64,000 nucleotides of DNA from a virus (Duplodnaviria > Caudoviricetes): IMG/VR virus record IMGVR_UViG_3300021256_000066, positions 65,507-129,506 of that record; one strand, 5' to 3'. Below the pieces are notes generated by a model. It was given only the letters and a program-made list of their open reading frames with translations. It made no database searches and was not told the origin of the DNA. Both the position numbers and the translations under genes were made by a program. Positions 46,635-54,827 of the stretch are shown here, in pieces. Every line of letters begins with the position of its first letter. Within the stretch, counting starts at the first letter, position 1.

Positions 46635-47141
46635 ATGATTATGAGAAGAAACAGTAGTAGTTTGCCATCGGCGATTCTGCTGATGCTGGTCGGGGCTTTC
46701 GTGCCCGTAGTATGTTGGATTATGAGCATTCAGTTTGACCAGAACTGCGGCGGCTATCTGAAGCAGGCTGCCGATGCCAACACGGTAGAGCTGGCCAAGC
46801 AGCGCATTGACATTGCCGTGAAGTACATGGAGGACAATCACCTGACCGATGGCTACACGTCGGTACTGTGGCGCACGGAGAGCGACAATGTGGGTTATTG
46901 GTATAACAATGTCAAGGCTTGCCAGAAGGAGCTGGCCGAGTGTCAGGACGGTTCTCAGTTGGAGAAGTCGAACATGCTGATGAAAGTGCGCGAGTCGCTG
47001 ACCGACGACGGCGAGAAAGGTACGGAGCTGACATTGCCAAATGGTATCAGCCGCTATCCCAACAACGCTCTCTTCGGGGTATTGTTCTGGATTAGTGCTC
47101 TGATTTTCTGCTGTGGTTTCCGGAAGATTGCAACGTGGTAA
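46635..47141 (+). CDS. Membrane protein with N- and C-terminal TMs
   Basis: Hydrophobic termini. Confidence 0.65.
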   Translation: MIMRRNSSSLPSAILLMLVGAFVPVVCWIMSIQFDQNCGGYLKQAADANTVELAKQRIDIAVKYMEDNHLTDGYTSVLWRTESDNVGYWYNNVKACQKELAECQDGSQLEKSNMLMKVRESLTDDGEKGTELTLPNGISRYPNNALFGVLFWISALIFCCGFRKIATW

Positions 47142-47178
47142 GAGTATTATTTCTAAAAGTAAAAAGGACTAAGGCGAT

Positions 47179-47832
47179 ATGAAGAAAATCATGTTTAGCG
47201 AGCGGTTCGGACTGGAGCAGGCCGTGCTCGCAGGGACGAAGACCATGACGCGGCGCATCATCAATGGCAATTTTGAGAACGTAAAAGTGTATTATGCGAG
47301 TGGCGGTTGGCGGCACTTCGTCGCTGGCACCGATAAAGGAGGTTCAGTCGAATTGAAACCGCAATACGAGATAGATGAAATGGTGGCTATTGCACAGCCA
47401 TATAAGAACGATGACGTGCTGACTTACAATGCTTACAACGAGGACGGCACGGCCAGAGAGGACGGGCTTCAGCGGCATAAGGAAATGCTGGACTCGAAGG
47501 GTTATCGCAACAAGATGTTCGTCAAGGCTGAATACATGCCCCACCGCATACGCATCACCGGCATCAAGGTGGAACGGTTGCAGGACATCAGCAACGAGGA
47601 TTGTCTGCGTGAGGGCGTTTACAAGCACAACGCGGCGCCCGACGCTTTGGGCATGGATAGATACAAGTTTATTGCCTACGCATACAACGCAACGCCAGGG
47701 GAAAATATCAAGCGCTGGTGGTTTCAAACTCCCCGTGAAGCATTCGCCGCACTCATCGACCGCATCAGCGGACGTGGCACATGGCAGCGCAATCCGTGGG
47801 TGTATGCCTATACATTTGAATTGATAAAGTAA
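47179..47832 (+). CDS. ASCH-like phage protein
   Basis: AVLAGTKTMTRR...RIRITGIKVERLQDIS...NPWVYAYTFE. Confidence 0.7.
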   Translation: MKKIMFSERFGLEQAVLAGTKTMTRRIINGNFENVKVYYASGGWRHFVAGTDKGGSVELKPQYEIDEMVAIAQPYKNDDVLTYNAYNEDGTAREDGLQRHKEMLDSKGYRNKMFVKAEYMPHRIRITGIKVERLQDISNEDCLREGVYKHNAAPDALGMDRYKFIAYAYNATPGENIKRWWFQTPREAFAALIDRISGRGTWQRNPWVYAYTFELIK

Positions 47833-47857
47833 CAACCCAATTAAAACATTTACGATT

Positions 47858-48580
47858 ATGAGATCAAGAACAGCACAATGGTTTGAGTGCAAAGTGAAGT
47901 ACGAGAAGGTGATGGAGGACGGGCTGCAGAAGCAGGTCGTGGAGCAGTATGTTGTCGATGCCCTGTCGTTCGCCGAGGCAGAACAGCGTATCACCGAGGA
48001 GATGTCACAGTACATCAGCGGCGAGTTTGAGGTGGCCGAAGTGAAGAAGGCGGCCTACAAGGAGGTGTTCTTCATGCAGGACGGCGAGAAGATCCTGTCG
48101 CACGAGACGGAGAAGCTGAGCCGTGCCATGAACAAGGGCAGGGAGGCCGCTATGGAGCAGTACGACAAGCCGATGGACTGGAACCCGAACAATGCCGACA
48201 CCCGCTGGTACAAGGCGAAGCTCCAGTTTATCACCATCGACGAAAAGACGGAGAAGGAGAAGCGTACCAACGTGACCTATCTGGTGCAGGCTTGTTCGCT
48301 GCACAATGCGCTCGACAACATCGACACGGTGATGAAGGGCACGATGATTGACTACGTGCAGGCCAACGTCGGCGAGACGCAGTTGGTGGACGTGTTTGAG
48401 CATACTGCCGATGACAAGGCGGCTGAACTGATAGCTCTCATGGCGGAGGACGTGAAGGACGCATCGCTGAAGGTGGAGGACATCGTTGACCGCTACGTGA
48501 AGTCTTCCACACCCGAATTGCGCCAGCAGCTCATTGACAAGCTGACCGAGATACGCAAGAAGAAGTTCGGGATAGAGTAA
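47858..48580 (+). CDS. DUF4494 family protein
   Basis: WFECKVKYEKVMEDG...YVVDALSFAEAEQRI...WYKAKLQFITIDEK. Confidence 0.8.
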   Translation: MRSRTAQWFECKVKYEKVMEDGLQKQVVEQYVVDALSFAEAEQRITEEMSQYISGEFEVAEVKKAAYKEVFFMQDGEKILSHETEKLSRAMNKGREAAMEQYDKPMDWNPNNADTRWYKAKLQFITIDEKTEKEKRTNVTYLVQACSLHNALDNIDTVMKGTMIDYVQANVGETQLVDVFEHTADDKAAELIALMAEDVKDASLKVEDIVDRYVKSSTPELRQQLIDKLTEIRKKKFGIE

Positions 48581-48592
48581 CGAACACGGATT

Positions 48593-48811
48593 ATGAAAGT
48601 ATTTGCGATTGAACTGAACGGATGCGACGGAATATACGATGTTGTTTACGTCGCTGCTAACGACCGAGAAGGCGCGGTCGATGTATTAAAAGCATCACGC
48701 CAGAACCTGACTTGGTACGACGTAGTATGGCTTGAAGGTGCAAGCTATGAGACCGACAAGCCGTGTGAAATCCAATCAAGGCTCTGTACTGAGGATGGCG
48801 AGATAATATAA
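48593..48811 (+). CDS. Hypothetical protein
   Basis: 72-aa ORF. Confidence 0.55.
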   Translation: MKVFAIELNGCDGIYDVVYVAANDREGAVDVLKASRQNLTWYDVVWLEGASYETDKPCEIQSRLCTEDGEII

Positions 48812-48875
48812 TCCGTTAAATCCGCTAAATCCGTGGTCAAGAAAAAATAATTAGTAATTAACAAGCAACAGAGAT

Positions 48876-49253
48876 ATGACACGACAAGAATTAGAACGAT
48901 TACGCCAGCCGTGGCCGCCGGTAATGGAGATGGCCATGAGAGCTGGAGGGTGCGACCTGGAGCCGACGTATATTGAGGATGAGCATGGCTGCTACTCCAC
49001 GGGATTCTTCTGCTGGAAGGGGAAACATATCGCCATAACCATCGACGCAGGGCTGTGGCACCTGTCTGTCTCATGTAACCACACGCTTGGCTACTACGAA
49101 CTGAAGGAGATACGTTACACGTTCCTGCCAAACGCTATGTTCGTGGCGCAGGTGTTTCCACCCCGCGAGGACTTCGTGAACGTGCATGAGAACTGTTTCC
49201 ACTTGTGGCAGCTGGCACCAGGCGGCTACGCGGAATATCAAAAGGAGGACTGA
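48876..49253 (+). CDS. Conserved phage protein
   Basis: WHLSVS...QVFPPREDFVNVHENCFHLW motif. Confidence 0.65.
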   Translation: MTRQELERLRQPWPPVMEMAMRAGGCDLEPTYIEDEHGCYSTGFFCWKGKHIAITIDAGLWHLSVSCNHTLGYYELKEIRYTFLPNAMFVAQVFPPREDFVNVHENCFHLWQLAPGGYAEYQKED

Positions 49254-49276
49254 ATAAATTAAAAACAAAAGGCGAT

Positions 49277-50068
49277 ATGTTGATAAAACTTACAAGTAAA
49301 TGTTCGATGATGTGTCCGCATTGCATGGAGGACGCAAGGGAAACGGGGCTGATGATGACGCTTGACACGTTCAAGCAGGCCGTGAAATTCGGCACGTATA
49401 TAGGCAACAGTCATTTCGTGCTGTCTGGCGGCGAGCCGACGGAGAACGAGCATATCACTGAGATGTGCGAATGGACGCAGTTGGCTACCGGCTGCAGTTT
49501 CTCCATCGTGTCAAACGGAATGTGGCTGAAGGACGAGCGTAAACGTCAGCGCATCGAGTGGATAAGCCGGCTGAGTTGTTATCTCGGTATGCAGGTATAT
49601 ACCAACAAGCAATGGTACAAGGAATACGACTATGTGGTGAGCCATAAGCACGAATACGAGAAGTACGACAAAGTGATTGTCGATATAGACTCTCACATCT
49701 TCATGCAGGATCTCGGACGTGCCAGGACAAACCCAGAGGCGCAAAAGGAGGTAGATCAGAACCCGTACTTCATGTCGTGCCTAAACACAACGCTTGCTGC
49801 TATTCAGAAAGCAGATCCGCAGGAGTTTGGCATCACGATGATGCTGCACCGCCAGTTCTGCAAGCCGTCGGTAGATTGCGAGGGCAACGTCCACATGTCA
49901 GAGAGCCGCCTGTGCCCGTCGGTCGGCAATGTCAATACCGACAACTTTGCCGACATCTGGCAGCGTATGCGTGCTTTTCGCCCGTGCGGTCATTGCAGGC
50001 AGTATCGGAAATTCATGGAAAGCCAGCGCCCCGACATTGCAGCAGCGAGAGCCGTGATGGGGTTGTAG
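49277..50068 (+). CDS. Radical SAM protein with SPASM/twitch-like C-terminus
   Basis: CSMMCPHC, LSGGEPT, IVSNG, C-terminal Cys cluster with VGNV. Confidence 0.85.
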   Translation: MLIKLTSKCSMMCPHCMEDARETGLMMTLDTFKQAVKFGTYIGNSHFVLSGGEPTENEHITEMCEWTQLATGCSFSIVSNGMWLKDERKRQRIEWISRLSCYLGMQVYTNKQWYKEYDYVVSHKHEYEKYDKVIVDIDSHIFMQDLGRARTNPEAQKEVDQNPYFMSCLNTTLAAIQKADPQEFGITMMLHRQFCKPSVDCEGNVHMSESRLCPSVGNVNTDNFADIWQRMRAFRPCGHCRQYRKFMESQRPDIAAARAVMGL

Positions 50069-50101
50069 ATAAAAGGTAAATAACTTAAAAAGAATGTGAT
50101 T

Positions 50102-50506
50102 ATGACTATCAATTACGACAACATTCATCAGGCCATCGCGGCACTTAACCAGTGTGCGAAGGAGAACGAGAACCGTCAGACGGACACGGGAGCCGTCAGA
50201 GTGAGCGATCTATGCACAGACGTGGCACACTTTCTGTGCAAGGTGCATCAGGATCACAAGCAGTGGCAGGAAACGAAGGACGGCAAGATGCACGTCTATT
50301 TGTTCCACGACAATGATGACAAAGGGCAGATTGCCGACCTGTGGACGACAAGCGTGCCTGACATCGGCGAGCAGATAATACTCTGGGATAAAGGCGAACA
50401 CCACCACTACGAGGTGACGCGGCGCATCTACGGTGCCAATGTTGAAGAGAAAGTGGGCGTGTGGAATCTCTACGTGAAGCCAAAGCGAAAAGGATTTATC
50501 GACTAA
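50102..50506 (+). CDS. Hypothetical protein
   Basis: 134-aa ORF. Confidence 0.6.
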   Translation: MTINYDNIHQAIAALNQCAKENENRQTDTGAVRVSDLCTDVAHFLCKVHQDHKQWQETKDGKMHVYLFHDNDDKGQIADLWTTSVPDIGEQIILWDKGEHHHYEVTRRIYGANVEEKVGVWNLYVKPKRKGFID

Positions 50507-50558
50507 GTAATAACAACCGCCGCAAGGCATAGTATTAACAATCAAAATTCAAACGACA

Positions 50559-51032
50559 ATGCAAAACTTTGATGAATTGGCTGAGGGGTATCTCGGCCTG
50601 GTAGAGAAACAGAAAGAGAGTGAGGGCAAGGCCGTGGACAGCTTTACCCGTGGTGACATGGAGACGTGCTACGTCAGCGGGGCACAGTCGATGGAGCAGT
50701 TGCAGGAGGGCTGCGAGGGCACCTTCGGACAGGCCATCGGCTCGCTGAAGCACGGATTCCTGGTGCGTCGCAAGGGCTGGAACGGCTGGGGCGTGTTCCT
50801 CTTCATGCGTCCTTTCGACTCGCTGAAGGACGAGTTTATCATCGACACGGTGAAGTCGCTGCCCTACAACTTCAAGGAGTGGGTCAAGGCGCACCCCAAC
50901 GCCGAGGGCGAGCGGTTCTTCACCCAGTACATCTGCATGAAGGCCGCCGACGGCTCGATAGTGAACGGCTGGAACGCCACGCAGGTGGACATGCTCTCCG
51001 AGGACTGGGTGCTGGTGGACACCAACGAGTAA
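50559..51032 (+). CDS. DUF2829 / Tad2-like protein
   Basis: TFGQAI..LKHG..VRRKGWNG...YICMKAADG...GWNATQVDMLSEDW. Confidence 0.78.
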   Translation: MQNFDELAEGYLGLVEKQKESEGKAVDSFTRGDMETCYVSGAQSMEQLQEGCEGTFGQAIGSLKHGFLVRRKGWNGWGVFLFMRPFDSLKDEFIIDTVKSLPYNFKEWVKAHPNAEGERFFTQYICMKAADGSIVNGWNATQVDMLSEDWVLVDTNE

Positions 51033-51132
51033 GCCCGCACACCGCCACCGACCACGCAGGGCGACCGCCCCTGCGTGGGATTGGGAAACGACCACTAATT
51101 TCACGAATTACACGGATAAAATACAGAGAACT

Positions 51133-51759
51133 ATGAACAAAGAGATATTAGCAAGAGCGAAGGAGCTCGAAAAAGACATCAGGCAGATGGAGTCGGCTCT
51201 GTCTTACCACAAGCGAGGACGGTGGAGTCATTGGGACATCAACGACTATGCAAGCTCGTTCCACTTTGAGTTTTGCAAGAACTGGAGTCACAGGGATGCA
51301 GATATGCAAGACCTGCCGACATGGCTCAACAAGCCGTTGATGGAAGTGGTGGAGCGTGAGTTGGAACGATGCAAGCATGAACTCGAAACACTTACTGACG
51401 ATTCGGCTAAAATTATAACCGACGTTCCGGAGGCGGGGCAAGGCGAATGGCAGCCAACTGAAGTTTACAAAAATGGCGACAGAGTGAATTGTAATGGTGT
51501 CCATTACGAATGCCAGGGAGAATTTAAGCCTACAGACATATCGGGAAAGGTATCGTGGAAAGACTGTGCCGTCAGGACAATAGACCGACTGATAAGTTGG
51601 ATGCTATACTCCATGACGTTCTGCTTCCTTTTTGTTGTGGCAGGATTAGAACTGTCGGCACGGGAGATTATCGCCTACTCGCTGATGCTCGGACTGGTGG
51701 TTGGCTCCATCAACAATATCGAGCGGGTAATGATGGAATTGTTCAAAAAGGAGGACTGA
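51133..51759 (+). CDS. Hypothetical protein with C-terminal TMs
   Basis: 208-aa ORF. Confidence 0.6.
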   Translation: MNKEILARAKELEKDIRQMESALSYHKRGRWSHWDINDYASSFHFEFCKNWSHRDADMQDLPTWLNKPLMEVVERELERCKHELETLTDDSAKIITDVPEAGQGEWQPTEVYKNGDRVNCNGVHYECQGEFKPTDISGKVSWKDCAVRTIDRLISWMLYSMTFCFLFVVAGLELSAREIIAYSLMLGLVVGSINNIERVMMELFKKED

Positions 51760-52075
51760 CTATGGGCTATTGCAAGAAGAAAGGCATCGAACCGACGGTA
51801 TGTTACTGTCTGGCTTGTGAGTATTGTCTGCCACCAGCCGAACGCATCGGTGGGCGAATGTGTGATCACGAAATAATGGATAAGCAGGAGGACTGAGCGA
51901 TGACCAATGGAAAGAGACCGAGCAAGGCTGAAACGCATCGAGAGAAAGGCTGAAAGCTTTCAAAGGGGGTGCGTCAAAGCTTTCAATGGGGGTGTGCGAA
52001 AGCTTTGAACGGTTTTTAACACATCATTAACAATCGGAAATAATTAAAAGGAATACGAATTAAACAAACGGAATT

Positions 52076-52507
52076 ATGGCAATTATCAATGTAACGCAGA
52101 AGAACTTTACGAAATTGATGGCAGAGAAATTAGACGACATGGGTGGAATGGGCCTTCTGGCTGCTTCGTTCATGGGTGGTAGGGACAAGATGAAAGAGAC
52201 GATAACCAGTGTGCCAGACGAGAACCTGCTCTGGGTGAACACCGACCACGTGGTAGCGGCATCGGCCCCGATCGAGGCGGCCGAAACGGGCGAGGTGGTA
52301 TTCCGCATCTACTTCGACCACCCCGACAGAAACCACAACCCGATATGGATCAAGGGCGATGACTACAAGCGGTTCATTCTTGCATGGGCTGGGGAGATAA
52401 AGACTATCAACGAGGGCGAGTATGAGGTGCCGAGCGGCTACAGAGCCATCAGCAGCGATGATGGAAGCAAGGTGACTGTCGAAAAGATTGAAGCGAAGGA
52501 GGACTGA
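52076..52507 (+). CDS. Hypothetical protein
   Basis: 143-aa ORF. Confidence 0.65.
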   Translation: MAIINVTQKNFTKLMAEKLDDMGGMGLLAASFMGGRDKMKETITSVPDENLLWVNTDHVVAASAPIEAAETGEVVFRIYFDHPDRNHNPIWIKGDDYKRFILAWAGEIKTINEGEYEVPSGYRAISSDDGSKVTVEKIEAKED

Positions 52508-52510
52508 CCT

Positions 52511-52954
52511 ATGCGAGAAATCTTATTCAGAGCAAAGACCGTCAAGAACGTCCACTGGATATGGGGCGACCTGTTCCGTGCCGGCACCGAGCCGAGCGAC
52601 GGAGAGTTTGCCATCAGCTATTATGACGATGAAGACGGATGGATGAACGAGAACGTGCAGCCTGCTACCATCGGGCAGTTTACAGGACTGCTCGACAAGC
52701 ACGGCAAGCGCATCTTCGAGGGCGACATCGTGGAGTGTGTCAGCTGGAACGAATACTTCAGCAAGGACGGCAAGCCGATGGAACCATTTAGACGGAAGAT
52801 GTTTGTCGATTATCGCAAGGGAGGCTTCAAGATGGTGGAGCCGATGCCCGAGCCGATGAAGGACAACGAGTGGGACATCATCTGCAATGGCGACATTGAG
52901 ATCATCGGCAACATCCACGACAATCCCGAACTAATCCACGACAAAAAGTTATAG
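52511..52954 (+). CDS. YopX family protein
   Basis: MREILFRAK...TIGQFTGLLDKHGKRIFEGDIV...EIIGNIHDNPEL. Confidence 0.9.
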   Translation: MREILFRAKTVKNVHWIWGDLFRAGTEPSDGEFAISYYDDEDGWMNENVQPATIGQFTGLLDKHGKRIFEGDIVECVSWNEYFSKDGKPMEPFRRKMFVDYRKGGFKMVEPMPEPMKDNEWDIICNGDIEIIGNIHDNPELIHDKKL

Positions 52955-52957
52955 ACT

Positions 52958-53461
52958 ATGGGCGAAGAACCAATGAACATCGGCAAACTGTACGTCGGAC
53001 TGAAAAGCGACATCGAGCGGGGCGTTGAACTGCAGCCGCTGAACACCGACACGCTGAAACTGCGCGACTACCTGAACACGGAGCCGCTGGATATAGCACG
53101 GCTCGGTGACGCTACCATTGAGATAAGCGATGAAAATCCGCTCTTCGGTGGCGAGACGTGGAAGCCGCTCACGATAGATATGAGCTTCGAGGGTCATGCC
53201 ACAACGCTGCTGCCCGTCCGTCGCAAGGATCGTCTGCCCCGCAAGTTGAAGAAGGCGTCGAAGCGGGTGGCCTTTCAGATAAGCTGCGAGGGAGAGCCGT
53301 ACAAGGAGCAGGATGGCAACGTGCTCAACGTGACAAGTATGAGGGTGTCGGACGTGATAGTCACAGGCCGTCGCACCAAGTGGGTCAACCGCTTCATCGA
53401 CGGCACGCTGCTTTTCGGCATCGACCTAGGCAGTCCCGTCCGCATGGTTATTGAGCAATAA
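52958..53461 (+). CDS. Hypothetical protein
   Basis: 167-aa ORF. Confidence 0.6.
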   Translation: MGEEPMNIGKLYVGLKSDIERGVELQPLNTDTLKLRDYLNTEPLDIARLGDATIEISDENPLFGGETWKPLTIDMSFEGHATTLLPVRRKDRLPRKLKKASKRVAFQISCEGEPYKEQDGNVLNVTSMRVSDVIVTGRRTKWVNRFIDGTLLFGIDLGSPVRMVIEQ

Positions 53462-53518
53462 TCCGCCTAATCCGTGTAATCCGTGGTCAAAAAACAAAAC
53501 CTCAAAAAACAAGGAAAT

Positions 53519-53959
53519 ATGAACAAATTCAAAAAGGGCGATATGCTGGTAGTCCTTCAATCCAGCGACAGAAACAACGTCGGCAGGGTCGGCGCAGTGA
53601 TTGACATAACCGACGGCGACTACTACACACTCGACGTGATGCCTAACTATGCTTTCAAGGAGAACTGCTTGAAGAGGGCTCGGGGCGTGGACCTGATACG
53701 TGAGGAACGCCGACGGCAGATTGAGGTGGAAGGCTACGACACGATGCACGACCGCCACCATACACCGCAAGTGCTCTGCCGTGCCGCCGTGGGCTATGCG
53801 CTGCACGATGACCCGTCGAAGCTCGTGGCCGAGGACGCCGCAAACCTGTGGCCATGGGCGCAGGACTTCTGGAAACCGAAAGACCAACTGCGTAACCTCG
53901 TCCGTGCCGGCGCACTGATTGCGGCAGCGATAGACAGACTGCAATATGAGCGAGAGTAA
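53519..53959 (+). CDS. Conserved phage protein with KOW-like N-terminus
   Basis: LIREERRRQIEVEG..WPW...WKP..RNLVRAGALIAAAIDRL. Confidence 0.7.
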   Translation: MNKFKKGDMLVVLQSSDRNNVGRVGAVIDITDGDYYTLDVMPNYAFKENCLKRARGVDLIREERRRQIEVEGYDTMHDRHHTPQVLCRAAVGYALHDDPSKLVAEDAANLWPWAQDFWKPKDQLRNLVRAGALIAAAIDRLQYERE

Positions 53960-54143
53960 GAAGATGTGCTGCGAGTGCATCAACTTGGAGATGGGGACAG
54001 CTCCGTTCCTGAAAACCGTTCATGCGCATCAACCACCCCCTTTGATGCGCATCACGCACCCCTCTTGATGCGCATCAGTCCAAAATCCCATTGGCTCTGT
54101 GCACAGACCCCACCGGCCTTTTAGCACAGACCCCTAATTGACC

Positions 54144-54179
54144 AGCCCCGCTGACGGATTGCCGTTGGCGGGGCTTTTT
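54144..54179 (+). terminator. Rho-independent terminator ending the early/middle region
   Basis: AGCCCCGCTGACGG-ATTG-CCGTTGGCGGGGCT followed by TTTT. Confidence 0.8.
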
Positions 54180-54194
54180 CGTGGCATCGGCTTA

Positions 54195-54229
54195 GTCCCA
54201 AAATGGGAAACCGACTTTAGTAATTTAGC
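54195..54229 (+). promoter_or_regulatory. Putative late promoter GTCCCA-N20-TAATTTAGC
   Basis: Immediately after the terminator, before the tail module. Confidence 0.5.
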
Positions 54230-54248
54230 ACCAAGAAAACGAAACAAT

Positions 54249-54770
54249 ATGGAGACATTCGATGAGATGAAGGAGATATGCCGACGGGCGTGCCACGAGC
54301 GGAATGCCTGCAAGGAGGGCTTCGAGGCGATGCTGCTGGCTGAGAACACGGCTGAGCTGATGCACGTGTGGCGACGCTGGTGGGAGGACGTCTGGGAGAG
54401 CAAGTATGCCGACATCATGACCGAGCGCATCGCCACGGCGCGTGGCAGGCTCAGAAGGGAGATGCGTCAGAGCGACGTGTTCGTGAACGAGTCGAGTGAG
54501 CGCGGACTGGTGATCGTATGTCGGCCAGACCGTCCGATCCGTGTGGGCGGCAGGGCGAAGTGCTACGTGTTCGGCACCGCTGCCGATGTGACGGCCACCG
54601 ACCATGCGCAGGTGTATTGCCGCGAGAGTGGGGTCAGGCTGACGCTGCGGGGTTACGCCACGGGGCGGGTGAAGGCCGGCGACTGCCGCTGCTACGACCG
54701 CACGCTGCTGCAGGGCACGCCCGACAGCGTGGAGCTGCACGACCAGGCGAAGTTTGAGCCGAGTGAATAG
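54249..54770 (+). CDS. Hypothetical protein heading the tail module
   Basis: 173-aa ORF; C-terminal repeats resemble a beta-helix. Confidence 0.65.
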   Translation: METFDEMKEICRRACHERNACKEGFEAMLLAENTAELMHVWRRWWEDVWESKYADIMTERIATARGRLRREMRQSDVFVNESSERGLVIVCRPDRPIRVGGRAKCYVFGTAADVTATDHAQVYCRESGVRLTLRGYATGRVKAGDCRCYDRTLLQGTPDSVELHDQAKFEPSE

Positions 54771-54827
54771 TGAAAAGTGAATAGTGAATAGTGAAAAATT
54801 TGCTACCGCAACAGAAATAAGCAAGAT

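Noticed and set aside
51951-54077. Mini-CRISPR arrays
   Set aside because: Units are 23 bp with near-constant 11-bp spacers, far too short for CRISPR.
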